A stretch of 64,000 bases of DNA from Bugula neritina (taxonomy: Eukaryota; Animalia; Bryozoa): positions 12,700,642 to 12,764,641 of the forward strand of contig OZ037770.1 of assembly GCA_964035545.1 (NCBI GenBank), written 5' to 3'. Numbering within the stretch: position 1 is the stretch's first letter; every line of letters starts with the position of its first letter. This document shows, piece by piece, positions 40,001-55,000 of this stretch. The notes under the pieces are model-generated. The model saw only the letters and a program-made list of their open reading frames with translations, was not told the DNA's origin and searched no databases. The translations under genes and the position numbers were made by a program.

Positions 40001-43000
40001 ATGGCTGGGAGAGAAGGTTTTAAACTATTTATACTAATTAATATATTAGATTTATTCTAAGAAAACCTCCAAAGAGAACGGGCAGTTTTAAAACTGGCTT
40101 CAGTTTCTGTCAAAGCTTTTAAGTTTAACTTATTAAAAGTTAATGTTGTTACTGTTATTTATATAACTGATTTTCTTAGCCTAATTGTTCAAGTTTTATC
40201 TTTAAACTATTTTGTATTAGTCTGCTATTGCTATACTATAGCTTGTATTAAAATCATCTGGAAGATATCGGTTGCTGGGTTACTGTTCACTAGTGTATGG
40301 GTTATATGCACCGAGTAACAAATATTAGTAAATCAGATCATTCTTTACGATCAGTCGCTTATTATTGCTAAATCTATAAAAAATTTATAGCTTTTTTTGT
40401 TTTTTTAATAGATTACAGTATAATATAGCCATCAGGTAGAGTTCACCTTGTATATATAGAACATGCAATAATGTATTAAATAAAATACAGTAGAACCTGT
40501 GTTCTACAAACTATTTGAATATTGCTCTCTGCAGTGTACTCTAGTAAACTAGAAATAATAATTAACGATATTTGGTTTTAGCTCAGTTGTTTAATGCTGA
40601 ATATTTACAAAGTTTTTATCGCTGTTATTTGTATGTCTTTCTGATAGATTCCAGTATAATGTAACAGTTTGGTAAAGTTCATATTATGTGTGAAACATGT
40701 AGTGTGTTACAAAGTAGAACTTCTTTTCTGAGAACCTTTTTATTTTAGTAGACAGGAAATAATATTTCTTTATATATTATGCTGTAGATGTGTACAGACT
40801 GTGGATTGGACATAGTGGTATAGATATTCCTGAGTACTGGCTACGTGAAAGCGAAACAAAATACACTACTCAAAGTATAAAAAAGATTTCTCAGACCCAC
40901 ACTGTAACACATCTTGTTATATATGAAAAAATTCCATCACAGATCCATCTTATTTTCCCACACCTCACTCATCTCAGAATTTATGGAGTTCAACCATGTG
41001 ACCTTCAAAAGTGAGTGCATAATTCATTAGGTTATACAATTTTTCAAGTGTACTGAAATTTATGTTGGCAAAATGTAATGGCAGCGCCATTTTGTTTGTG
41101 CTGTTACTCTTGCTAATAAAGTTGTTTGTTACAGCATCAGCAAGTTGACTAATCTGAAGGTATTAGACATGGATCACAGTGACTTTTCTGCTGGTCTACC
41201 TGACATCTTCAGTTCTTTACTCTCTCTGGAAAAACTGACGTTGAACTACTGTAGCTTACGAACTCTTCCCAAGAGGTGAGCACACTTTACATTCTCTGCT
41301 ATGCTACTTATTGCACTTCCTTTCATATATCAACAAACCTAATCTCATTTCACACAACAGTTCAGCATGTCCTGTTTAGCACCTGATTTAGGCTTTTATA
41401 TAGTTTGTGAGTAGTATAGGTGTGTGTTTAATATTTCTTGTTGGTTTGCATGTAATATTCAATGTTAAATTGTTTAAAAATATTGTAATAATATAAATTT
41501 CAATGTTATTTAGCTTGTGCTAATCTAATACTCTTGCTAATAAAGTTGATTGTTACAGCATCAGCAAGTTGACTAATCTGAAGGTATTAGACATGAGTAA
41601 CAATAACTTTTCTGCTGGTCTACCTGACATCTTCAGTTCTCTACTCTCTCTGGAAGAACTGATATTGGGCTACTGTAGCTTACGAACTCTTCCCAAGAGG
41701 TGAGCACACTTTACATTCTCTGCTATGCTACTTATTGTACTTCCTTTCATATATCAGCAAACCTAATCTCATTTCACACAACAGTTCAGTATGTCCTGTT
41801 CAGCACCTGATTTAGGCTTTTATATAGTTTGTGAGTAGTATAGGTGTGTGTTTAATATTTCTTGTTGGTTTGCATGTAATACTCAATGTTATTGTTTAAA
41901 AATATTGTAATAATATAAATTTCAATGTTATTTAGCTTGTGCTAATCTAATACTCTTGCTAATAAAGTTGATTGTTACAGCATCAGCAAGTTGACTAATC
42001 TGAAGGTATTAGACATGAGTAACAATAACTTTTCTGCTGGTCTACCTGACATCTTCAGTTCTCTACTCTCTCTGGAAGAACTGATATTGGGCTACTGTAG
42101 GTTAAAGACTCTCCCCAAGAGGTGAGCACACTTTACATTCTCTGCTATGTTACTTAGCCTAGGGCCACACTGTGCGTATTTTCGCATGCGAAAATTGAAA
42201 TCACAAGTAGCAAAGGTGTCCACTGTGCGCGTTGAGAAAACATTCGCACTTGTCGCTCTGCATTTTCAACGCAAGTGCGAATCGTCTCTGTCGTCGTCAC
42301 CTAATTGGCTGGTAGTTATTCAGCGAGCCCAATTTCTTCATTTTAGTGCTACATTCCAGTAAATTGTGTTTTATTGAAAGCGAGTGCGATTTAAAAATGA
42401 AAGCTTTATTTATCACGCATCACTGACGCTACAGTGGACACCTTTGCTACTTGTGGTTTCAATTTTCGCATGCGAAAATACGCACAGTGTGGCCCTAGGC
42501 TTATTGTACTTCCTTTCATATATCAGCAAACCTAATCTCATTTCACACAACAGTTCAGTATGTCCTGTTCAGCACCTGATTTAGGCTTTAATATAGTTTG
42601 TGAGTAGTATAAGTGTGTGTTTAATATTTCTTGTTGGTTTGCATGTAATACTCAATGTTATTGTTTAAAAATATTGTAATAATATAAATTTCAATGTTAT
42701 TTAGCTTGTGCCAATCTAATACTCTTGCTAATAAAGTTGATTTTTACAGCATCAGCAAGTTGACTAATCTGAAGGTATTAGACATGGGTCACAATGACTT
42801 TTCTGCTGGTCTACCTGACATCTTCAGTTCTCTCCCCTCTCTGGAAAAATTAGAGTTGTGTGGGTGTAAATTAAAAGCTCTCCCCACAAGGTACAGCTTT
42901 ATCATAATATTCCATGCTACATTTCATATTTTTTCCTAAATCTTAGTTTCCTTATGATGTATAGCAATTTACTTTGATTTTGATTTTGAAAATACCTATA

Positions 43001-46000
43001 GATAATAGATATTATAACATACATAATGACTTTTTTTATATAATTTATTTATAAAGTTTAATTATAGCTAGTAGCTGATATTAAATTGGTCATCTTTCAC
43101 AGTGGATATGATTTATATCCCCCTGTTCACACATTACCGTTCCGTATGCCGTAATAGTAAATGTCCGCCATCTTTGGTAACATCCGGGCTGATCAAGCAG
43201 TGCTTGATTCAAAAATCACGGCTGGCTCCTATTGGGTAAAGTTGATCTGGTGCTAAAATTTTAAGAACATTTTTGCTAGTTTATTTTAATTGCTTATTGT
43301 TGATTCAATTCAGCCAATTCAAAAGTTTTATAGGATTAAAAAATCTTTATCCAGTATGTTTAAATTAAATTCAGCTTAAAAATCTAATCACAAAAGTACG
43401 CAAACTAAAAACTTAAAAATTATTTGGACAGCTAAAATATTTATTCAAATTAGTTTGCCTATTTATTTTAAGGACACATATATTTAAAAAAGAAATCAGT
43501 TCTTTTTAATTGCTTTTATTTAGTCAATAGCGTTTATATACATCTTTTGAAAATAATGGTGCGAATAATTTGTGAATAATATCCTGTCACAAATTCTGAG
43601 TGTACATATACCTATAGACTTACCGGGTTATTCCCAATGATTATACACGAATGTTCATAAATATTCTAGACTGATCGAAGAGATGGGTCATTGTTCATTG
43701 TTATTGTTTTCATTAGTCATGTTAACTACTGCCCAGCAATGTAAACAAGGTGTTGCGCAATAATTGCGAAATAACCATGGAAATTCCAATGTTTTGTTTT
43801 GTTTTGATTTTCTATAAATAGTATTGGCATGTGGGGAATGTTTTCTACTAGAATCTTCTATACTGGAATGCTTGAGAATGTTCTAGAGTTTTTTTGTTTA
43901 CTATAAATACTGAGGCAGTTGTGTTTACGAATCAGTTCATTCTCGGAGTTCATTTTTATAAATTCATCTGTGCATATCTTACTAGAAAAATAAAGTCTAC
44001 TTATATTCACAACTCTATTTACTCTCAACTGGATTAGCAAGCTGTATGCTACTTTTTTATACACTTCTGACTACCAGACTTTTCGAACTCGTCATACTGC
44101 TACCAACAGTTTTGTGACAATTGGGGCTGCTCCGGGAAGTCTCAGTCGCATACAGGGAAGTTATTAGTTACAACGTGAGCATACACAGGATTAATTAACA
44201 GTTGTTGAGACATCATGGCGTTGTTGGAGAGAGTGACACAGATGGGTAAAGATCTTGGACTGGTGGATGACAAGCTCGTAGCTTTTGTTGAAAAGAAACT
44301 ACCCATTGTTGCTGCACAAGAAGAAAAAGAAAAGGACCGAGAGGAAAAAGAAAAGGACCGAGAGGAGCGGAGATTAGAGCGTGAGGCGGAAAGGATCAGG
44401 CAAGAAAATGAGAAAGCCATAATGGAGATGAAGATAAAAGCTGACCAGGAGGCAGAAGAGAGAAGACAACAACATGAATTAGATATGGAAAAGCTGAAAG
44501 CTAACACAAGTTTGGAGCACTCAAGACATGAAAGCACCAGGTTAGAAATAGCTGACAAACCAAAACCAAAAATACCATTCTTTGATGAGAAGGTGGACGA
44601 AATGGATAGCTATTTAGAGCGGTTCGAGTGGGTTGCCGAAGGATGTAACTGGGACAAGGGAGATTGGCCCTACCATCTCAGTCAGTACCTAAGGGGTACA
44701 GCAACAGAAGCTTACATCCGGTTGTCACCTACGGATCGTAGAGATTATAAAAAAGTCAAAGAAGCCTTGTTGGAGCGCTTTAACTTGACTCAAGAGGGCT
44801 ACAGAAAAAAGCTCAGGGAGGCAGAAGCTTACGAGGATGAAACTCCTGCCCAACTATTCACTAGGATAGAAAGTTATGTGCACAAGTGGGTGGAGCTTTC
44901 AGGGGGCATGGACATAGCCAAACTAGTGGCGACTGAACAATTTATATCACCATGCCCAGACGACCTAGCTGTGCATTTAAAGCAAAGTTCCTACAACAGC
45001 AGTGAGGATATGTGTGATGCAGTGTCACTGTTCTTGCACGCCCGTGGAAGGAAACTAGCAAAGACAAAGAAAACTAATACAAAAAGGATGGAAAACACAC
45101 TTGCCGATAGCATGCATGCTGAACAAGGAAGTAAAAGCGATGGTGCATGCTTCATCTGCAAAGATAAATCACACATTGCTCGTAACTGCCCACGGCGAGG
45201 GAAGAAGTACTGTTCACATTGCATGATGAACAATCACAATACTTCAGACTGCAGAAAGTATGGTGGAAGGTCAGTGCATGCTGCTGCTGCAATAGCGACT
45301 ACTCAGAATAAGACTATGGTCACAGATCCAGGAATGTCATCTAAAGTGGAAGAACCTACTGAAATCACAGTTACCGGTAAAAAGTTTGTCAACGCTGCTG
45401 TCTGCAAGAATGGACCTAAATTCAAAGATGGGGGCACAGCAATATTTGATGCGGAAGTTAATGGCCAACGAGCTACTGTAATGCGCGACACCGGCTGTGG
45501 TTGCAATGTAGTCAATGCAAAGTATGTGCAACCTCAACACTTAACTGGAGAATCAGTTTATTTGAATATGGCTGATGCAAGTGTTAGGGAGGCTCAGTGG
45601 GCACTTATCTCAGTGCGCTCACTATTTTACAATGGTGTTGTCAAAGCTGCAGTAATGGACAAGACGATTTGTGACCTGTTTATTGGGAATGTAGATGGAG
45701 CAAGATCAGCTGACCAGCCGTTGGAAAACTGGAAGGACTGCGCCGTAACCACAAGAGCTCAAGCTGTCAAGGAAAAGTCAGGAGACAAACCACTGATAGT
45801 TGATTCAAATGCTAACCCATTAAGTATAGGGAAAGATGAGATAGCCAGACTGCAGAGGGATGACCCCACATTGGAACGTTTCTTCAATGCAAAAGAAGTG
45901 AAGAAGAAAAAGGGATGCACCACTAGGTTTGTGGTGAGGAATAAGATTCTGTACCGTGAGTACACCGACTCGAAGTCTGCCAGTGTAAAACCTGTTAAAC

Positions 46001-49000
46001 AACTCATGGTACCCAGTTCTCTGAGGAAGGAGGTTCTACAGAAAGCTCATGACTGCATAATGAGCAGACACCTAGGAGTAAAGAAAACCACTGATAGAGT
46101 GCTTTCCAACTTCTTCTGGCCAGGACTAAACGGAGATGTCGTACGTTTCTGTCAATCATGTGACATTTGCCAGAAGACGGTGAAAAAAGGCTCAGTCATG
46201 AAAGTTCCAGTACAGGAAACACCACTAATTGACACCCCATTCAAGAGATGTGCAATAGACCTAGTCGGACCAATTAACCCTCCAAGTGAGAAAGGACACC
46301 GCTACATCCTAACTTTAGTTGACTATGCTACAAGATATCCTGAAGCTACACCATTGAAGAACATTGACTCAGCTACTGTAGCTGAAGCGCTGCTTGACAT
46401 GTACAGTCGTGTTGAGATACCAGAGGAGGTGATAAGCGACCAAGGAACTCAATTCATCTCAGACTACATGAAAGAGTTTACCAGATTACTTGACATGCGA
46501 CAACTTCCTACTTCACCGTACCATGCAATGGCCAATGGACTTGTGGAAAAGTTCAACGGAACCCTCAAGAGTATGTTAAAAAAAGTTGTGTGCTAAAGAG
46601 CCAAGACAGTGGCATCGGTTCATCAATGCGGCTCTATTTGCATATAGAAAAGTCCCACAGGAATCAACAGGCTTCGCCCCATTCGAGTTACTCTATGGAA
46701 GAACTGTGCGTGGACCAATGTACATCCTGCGACAACTTTGGACAAAAGAAGACACTGCCGATGAAGTCAAGACCTGCTATCAGCATGTTTTTGAGTTGAG
46801 AGAGCGTTTGGATGACATGATGGAGATGGCACTAGCCTCGCTAAAAGACAGTCAAAAAAGATACAAACACTATTTTGACCAGAAAGCTAAGCAGAGAGAC
46901 TTCAAACCTGGTGACAAAGTGCTCATTCTTCTACCTACGGATGGAAATAAATTGTTGATGCATTGGCAAGGACCATTCAATATTGAGGAGAAAGTCAGAC
47001 TGAATGACTACATTATCAACATTAGAGGCAAGAGGAGAACATACCATGCCAACATGCTGAAGAAATATTTTGAGCGGGAGACGCCCACCAACCTTATGAC
47101 TGTTGGAGCTGTGATGACTTTAGATGCTGCTGGTACTGGAATTATTGATCACGATGAGGAAAGAGAAGAACGCTAAAATGATTTGTTCGACCTGTACGGT
47201 AAGAAACAGCAGACAGAAACAAGCAAAGATGTCTTTCTGGGTGAAAAGCTGGGGAATCAGCAAAGAAGACAGCTGGAGGAGTTACTAAGAAAGTTTGAAG
47301 GTATCTTCAGTGACTTGCCAGGAAATGCAACGGGAATAGAACATTCTATCAAGCTCACGACTGATGAGCCAGTGAAATCCAAACCATATGGATTGCCCTA
47401 CAGGGTAAGAGAGACTCTCAAGGCGGACATCGAGGACATGTTGAAGATGGGTGTTATTCGGCCGTCTACCTCTCTCTACGCTTCACCAACGGTGATAGTA
47501 AAGAAGCCAGATGGAGGCAACAGGATTTGTATAGACTATCGCAAACTAAACCGAGTCTCAGTATTCGATCCTGAACCAATGGTGAAAACAGATGACGTTT
47601 TCAGAAAGCTCAGTAAAGATAAATACTTTACCAAACTTGATTTATCCAAGGGATACTTGCAAATACCAGTGAAGAAAGAAGATATTCCTAAAACTGCATT
47701 TGTGACACCCGATGGACATTATGAATTCATCAAGATGCCATTTGGGATGGTTAACTCTGGAGCGACACTGGTGAGAGGGTTGAGAAAACTTTTTGTAAAT
47801 CTGAAAGGAGTGGACAACTACATTGATGACATTCTAGTGCACACGGAAAGTTGGGAAGAACACGTTAAAACGCTAACAGAAGTTTTCAGCCGACTTGCCA
47901 CAGCTGGACTTACCATTAAACCAAGTAAATGTAGAGTAGGAGGAACAAACGTGGAGTTCATCGGACATAAACTTTACAGGGGTGGAATTAAACCAATGGA
48001 TGACAACATTGAGAAAATTAGGGCTGCGCCAAGGCCAACCAATAAGACGCAAGTGAGATCGTTCATTGGACTTACTAGTTACTACAGAGAATATATCCCT
48101 CATTATTCAACTATAGCGAGTCCACTAACAGATTTAACAAAGAAGGGAGAACCAAAGAAAGTCAAATGGCAGGAACCACAAGAGAAGGCGTACACCAGCT
48201 TAAAAACAATGCTGACAAGTGCACCAATTTTAAAATTACCAGATGTACACAAACCGTTTGTGCTAAGGACGGATGCATCAGATGTTGGGCTAGGGGCAGT
48301 GCTGATGCAGCCTCAGGATGGAAAGCTGTTCCCTGTGAGTTACGCAAGTAGGAAATTACTAGACCGAGAAAAAAACTACTCAGCCATAGAGAAGGAATGT
48401 TTAGCTGTGGTATGGGCGGTCAAGAAATATCTACAATATTTATATGGTGTGGAGTTCGTGCTGCAGACTGATCACCAACCGCTGGTTTACATCAATTAGG
48501 CCAAATTTGAGAACAGCATAGTGATGAGATGGGCTATGTATTTACAGAACTTCAGAATCAAGGTGGAGTCAATCAAAGGAAAGGGCAATGTTGGAGCCGA
48601 TTATCTAAGCCGAATTGACTCAGAATTTTAAGTAGTAAGGAGAAATTATTAAGATAATTTCTCTTAGAATGGGGGGTTGTCACAAATTCCGAGTGTACAT
48701 ATACCTATAGACTTACCGGGTTATTCCCAATGATTATACACGAATGTTCATAAATATTCTAGACTGATCGAAGAGATGGGTCATTGTTCATTGTTATTGT
48801 TTTCATTAGTCATGTTAACTACTGCCCAGCAATGTAAACAAGGTGTTGCGCAATAATTGCGAAATAACCATGGAAATTCCAATGTTTTGTTTTGTTTTGA
48901 TTTTCTATAAATAGTATTGGCATGTGGGGAATGTTTTCTACTAGAATCTTCTATACTGGAATGCTTGAGAATGTTCTAGAGTTTTTTTTGTTTACTATAA

Positions 49001-52000
49001 ATACTGAGGCAGTTGTGTTTACGAATCAGTTCATTCTCGGTGTTCATTTTTATAAATTCATCTGTGCATATCTTACTAGAAAAATAAAGTCTACTTATAT
49101 TCACAACTCTATTTACTCTCAACTGGATTAGCAAGCTGTATGCTACTTGTCTATACACTTCTGACTACCAGACTTTTCGAACTCGTCACACTGCTACCAA
49201 CAGTTTTGTGACATATCCTAAAGCTTACAATTCACGACAGACAAGAATGACCCTTATTATGATTGGTTGAAGCTCAACATCATTCGTTGTAGTTTACGCC
49301 AGTGTGTGAACGCCTGTTGACAAAATGTAACGGCAGCGCCATTTTGTTTGTGCTGTTACTCTTGCTAATAAAGTTGATTGTTACAGCATCAGCAAGTTGA
49401 CTAATCTGAAGGTATTAGACATGGGTCACAATGACTTTTCTGCTGGTGTACCTGACATCTTCAGTTCTCTACTCTCCCTGGAAGAACTGATATTGGGCTA
49501 CTGTAGCTTACGAACTCTTCCCCTGACCCATTAATTTGATTGTTACAGCATCAGCACGTTGACTAATCTGAAGGTATTAGACATGGGTCACAATGACTTT
49601 TCTGCTGGTCTACCTGACATCTTCAGTTCTCTCCCCTCTCTGGAAAAATTAGAGTTGTGTGGGTGTAAATTAAAAGCTCTCCCCACAAGGTACAGCTTTA
49701 TCATAATATTCTATGCTACATTTCATATTTTTTCCTAAATCTTAGTTTCCTTATGATGTATAGCAATTTACTTTGATTTTGATTTTAAAAATACCCATAG
49801 ATAATAGATATCATAACATACATAATGACTTTTTTATATCAATTATTTATAAAGTTTAATTATAGCTAGTAGCTGATATTAAATTGATCATCTTTCACAG
49901 TGGATATGATTTATATCCCCTTGTTCACACATTGTCATCCCGTATGCCGTAATAGCAAATGTCCGCCATCTTTGGTAACATCCGGGCTGATCAAGCAGTG
50001 CTTGATTCAAAAAATCACAGCTGGCTCCCATTGGGTATATAGAGTTGATTTGGTACTAAAATTTTAAGAACATTTTTGCTAGTTTATTTTAATTGCTTAT
50101 TGTTGATTCAATTTAACCAATTCAAAAGTTTTATAGGATTAAAGATCTTTATCCAGTATGTTTAAATTAAATTCAGCTTAAAAATATAATCACAAAAGTA
50201 CGCAAACCAAAAACTTAAAAATTATTTGGACAGCTAAAATATTTATTCAAATCAGTTTGCCTAATTATTTTAAGGACACATAGGCTATATTTGAAAAAGA
50301 GATCGTTTCTTTTTAATTGCTTTTATTTAGTCAATAGCGTTTATATACATCTTTTGAAAATAATGTTGCGAATAGTTTGTGAATAATATCCTAAGGCGTA
50401 CAATTCACCGCAGACAAGAATTAGCCTAATTATGATTGGCCGAAGCTCAACAACATCATGTGTTGTACTTTACGCCAGTGTGTGAACGCCTGTTGACAAA
50501 ATGTAACGGCAGCGCCATTTTGTTTGTGCTGTTACTCTTGCTAATAAAGTTGATTGTTACAGCATCAGCACGTTGACTAATCTGAAGGTATTAGACATGA
50601 GTAAAATTAACTTTTCTGCTGGTCTACCTGACATCTTCAGTTCTCTACTCTCTCTGGAAAAACTGACGTTGAACTGCTGTAGGTTAAAGACTCTCCCCAA
50701 GAGGTGAGCACACTTTACATTCTCTGCTATGCTACTTATTGTTCTTCCTTTCATATATCAGCAAACCTAATCTCATTTCACACAACAGTTCAGCATGTCC
50801 TGTTTAGCACCTGATTTAGGCTGTTATATAGTGTGTGAGTAGTATAGGTGTGTGTTTAATATTTCTTGTTGGTTTGCATGTAATATTAAATGTTATTGTT
50901 TAAAAATATTGTAATAATATAAATTTCAATGTTATTTAGCTTGTGCTAATCTAATACTCTTGCTAATAAAGTTGATTGTTACAGCATCAGCAAGTTGACT
51001 AATCTGAAGGTATTAGACATGAGTAACAATAACTTTTCTGCTGGTCTACCTGACATCTTCAGTTCTCTACTCTTTCTGGAAGAACTGATATTGGGCTACT
51101 GTAGGTTACAGACTCTCCCCAAGAGGTGAGCACACTTTACATTATCTGCTATGCTACTTATTGCACTTCCTTTCATATATCACCAAACCTAATCTCATTT
51201 CACACAACAGTTCAGCATGTCCTGTTTAGCACCTGATTTAGGCTTTTATATAGTGTGTGAGTAATATAGGTGTGTGTTTAATATTTCTTGTTGGTTTGCA
51301 TGTAATATTCAATGTTATTGTTTAAAAATATTGTAATAATACAAATTTCAATGTTATTTAGCTTGTGCTTATCTAATACTCTTGTTAATAAAATTGTTTG
51401 TTACAGCATCAGCACGTTGACTAATCTGAAGATATTGGACATGAGTGAAAATAACTTTTCTGCTGGTCTACCTGACATCTTCAGTTCTCTACTCTCTCTG
51501 GAAGAACTGACGTTGAACTACTGTAGCTTACGAACTCTTCCCAAGAGGTGAGCACACTTTACATTCTCTGCTATGCTACTTATTGTACTTCCTTTCATAT
51601 ATCAGCAAACCTAATCTCATTTCACACAACAGTTCAGTATGTCCTGTTCAGCACCTGATTTAGGCTTTAATATAGTTTGTGAGTAGTATAAGTGTGTGTT
51701 TAATATTTCTTGTTGGTTTGCATGTAATATTCAATGTTATTGTTTAAAAATATTGTAATAATATAAATTTCAATGTTATTTAGCTTGTGCTAATCTAATA
51801 CTCTTGCTAATAAAGTTGATTGTTACAGCATCAGCAAGTTGACTAATCTGAAGGTATTAGACATGGGTCACAATGACTTTTCTGCTGGTCTACCTGACAT
51901 CTTCAGTTCTTTCCCCTCTCTGGAAAAATTAGACTTGTGTAGGTGTAAATTAAAAGCTCTCCCCACAAGGTACAGCTTTATCATAATATTCTATGCTACA

Positions 52001-55000
52001 TTTCATATTTTTTCCTAAATCTTAGTTTCCTTATGATGTATAGCAATTTACTTTGATTTTGATTTTGAAAATACCTATAGATAATAAATATTATAACATA
52101 CATAATGAGTTTTTTATATCAATTATTTATAAAGTTTAATTATAGCTAGTAGCTGATATTAAATTGATCATCTTTCACAGTGGATATGATTCATATCCCC
52201 CTGTTCACACATTGTCTTCCCGTATGCCGTAATAGCAAATGTCCGCCATCTTTGGTAACATCCGGGCTGATCAAGCAGTACTTGATTCGAAAAATCACAG
52301 CTGGCTCCCATTGGGTAGAGTTGATCTGGTACTAAAATTTTAAGAACATTTTTGCTAGTTTATTTTAATTGCTTATTGTTGATTCAATTTAACCGATTCA
52401 AAAGTTTTATAGGATTAAAGATCTTTATCCAGTATGTTTAAATTAAATTTAGCTTAAAAATATAATCACAAAAGTACGCAAACCAAAAACTTAAAAATTA
52501 TTTGGACAGCTAAAATATTTATTCAAATTAGTTTGCCTAATTATTTTAAGGACACATAGGCTATATTTGAAAAAGAGATCGTTTCTTTTTAATTGCTTTT
52601 ATTTAGTCAATAGCGTTTATATACATCTTTTGAAAATAATGTTGCGAATAGTTTGTGAATATTATCCTAAGGCGTACAATTCACCGCAGACAAGAATTAG
52701 CCTAATTATGATTGGTCGAAGCTCAACAACATCATGTGTTGTACTTTACGCCAGTGTGTGAACGCCTGTTGACAAAATGTGACGGCAGCGCCATTTTGTT
52801 TGTGCTGTTACTCTTGCTAATAAAGTTGATTGTTACAGCATCAGCACGTTGACTAATCTGAAGATATTGAACATGAGTGGAAATAACTTTTCTGCTGGTC
52901 TACCTGACATCTTCAGTTCTTTACTCTCTCTGGAAGAATTGCATTTGAGAAGTTGTAGCTTACGGACTCTCCCCAAGAGGTGAAATACTTTTTATATTTT
53001 GCGCTATGCTACTTATTGCACTTCGTTTCATATATCACCAAACCTAATCTCATTTCACACAACAGTTCAGTATGTCCTTTTTAGCACCTGATTTAGGCTT
53101 TTATATAGTTTGTGAGTAGTATAAGTGTGTGTTTAATATTTCTTGTTGGTTTGCATGTAATATTCAATGTTAAATTGTTTAAAAATATTGTAATAATATA
53201 AATTTCAATGTTTTTTAGCTTGTGCTAATCTAATACTCTTGCTAATAAAATTGTTTGTTACAGCATCAGCAAGTTGACTAATCTGAAGATATTGAACATG
53301 AGTGAAAATAACTTTTCTGCTGGTCTACCTGACATCTTCAGTTCTCTACTCTTTCTGGAAGAACTGATGTTGAACTACTGTAGGTTAAAGACTCTCCCCA
53401 AGAGGTGAGCACACTTTACATTCTCTGCTATGCTACTTATTGTACTTCCTTTCATATATCAGCAAACCTAATCTCATTTCACACAACAGTTCAGCATATG
53501 TCCTGTTTAGCACCTGATTTAGGCTTTTATATAGTTTGTGAGTAGTATAAGTGTGTGTTTAATATTTCTTGTTGGTTTGCATGTAATATTCAATGTTATT
53601 GTTTAAAAATATTGTAATAATATAAATTTCAATGTTATTTAGCTTGTGCTAATCTAATACTCTTGCTAATAAAGTTGATTGTTACAGCATCAGCACGTTG
53701 ACTAATCTGAAGATATTGAACATGAGTGAAAATAACTTTTCTGCTGGTCTACCTGACATCTTCAGTTCTCTACTCTTTCTGGAAGAACTGATATTGGGCT
53801 ACTGTAGGTTACAGACTCTCCCCAAGAGGTGAGCACACTTTACATTCTCTGCTATGCTGCTTATTGTACTTCCTTTCATATATCAGCAAACCTAATCTCA
53901 TTTCACACAACAGTTCAGTATGTCCTGTTCAGCACCTGATTTAGGCTTTTATATAGTTTGTGAGTAGTATAAGTGTGTGTTTAATATTTCTTGTTGGTTT
54001 GCATGTAATATTCAATGTTGTTGTTTAAAAATATTGTAATAATATAAATTTCAATGTTATTTAGCTTGTGCTAATCTAATACTCTTGCTAATAAAGTTGA
54101 TTTTTACAGCATCAGCACGTTGACTAATCTGAAGGTATTAGACATGAGTAAAAATAACTTTTCTGCTGGTCTACCTGACATCTTCAGTTCTCTACTCTCT
54201 CTGGAAAAACTGATATTGGGCTACTGTAGGTTACAGACTCTCCCCAAGAGGTGAGCACACTTTACATTCTCTGCTATGCTACTTATTGTACTTCCTTTCA
54301 TATATCAGCAAACCTAATCTCATTTCACACAACAGTTCAGTATGTCCTTTTTAGCACCTGATTTAGGCTTTTATATAGTTTGTGAGTAGTATAGGTGTGT
54401 GTTTAATATTTCTTGTTGGTTTGCATGTAATATTCAATGTTATTGTTTAAAAATATTGTAATAATATAAATTTCAATGTTATTTAGCTTGTGCTAATCTA
54501 ATACTCTTGCTAATAAAATTGTTTGTTACAGCATTTGTAATTTGACTAATCTGAAGGTATTAGACTTGAGGCACAATGACTTTTCTGCTGGTCTACCTGA
54601 CATCTTCAGTTCTTTACTCTCTCTGGAAAAATTAGAGTTGTGTTGGTGTAAATTAAAAGCTGTCCCCACAAGTTACAGCTTTATCATAATATTCTATGCT
54701 ACATTTCATATTTTTTCCTAAATCTTAGTTTCTTTATGATGTATAGCAATTTACTTTGATTTTGAACTTAAAAATACCTATAGATAATAGATATTATAAC
54801 ATACATAATGACTTTTTTATATCAATTATTTATAAAGTTTAATTATAGCTAGTAGCTGATATTAAATTGATCATCTTTCACAGTGGATATGATTTATATC
54901 CCCCTGTTCACACATTGTCTTCCCGTATGCCGTAATAGCAAATGTCCGCCATCTTTGGTAACATCCGGGCTGATCAAGCAGTGCTTGATTCAAAAAATCA

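Larger units (their letters stand above)
43119..49359. mobile_element. Copy of the 108-790 MITE family, right TIR truncated, split by the Gypsy insertion (43119-43584 and 49219-49359); further copies at 49917-50535, 52197-52811, 54900-55497, 57159-57773, 59862-60459
   Basis: Shares GTAACATCCGGGCT, GATCAAGCAGTGCTTGATTCAAAAAATCAC and GTTGACAAAATG...CGCCATTTT...TGCTGTTAC with the element at 108-790. Confidence 0.85.

Noticed and set aside
43858-49158. Small ORFs in the LTRs and antisense to gag-pol
   Set aside because: They are duplicated LTR sequence or shadow frames with no independent coding evidence.
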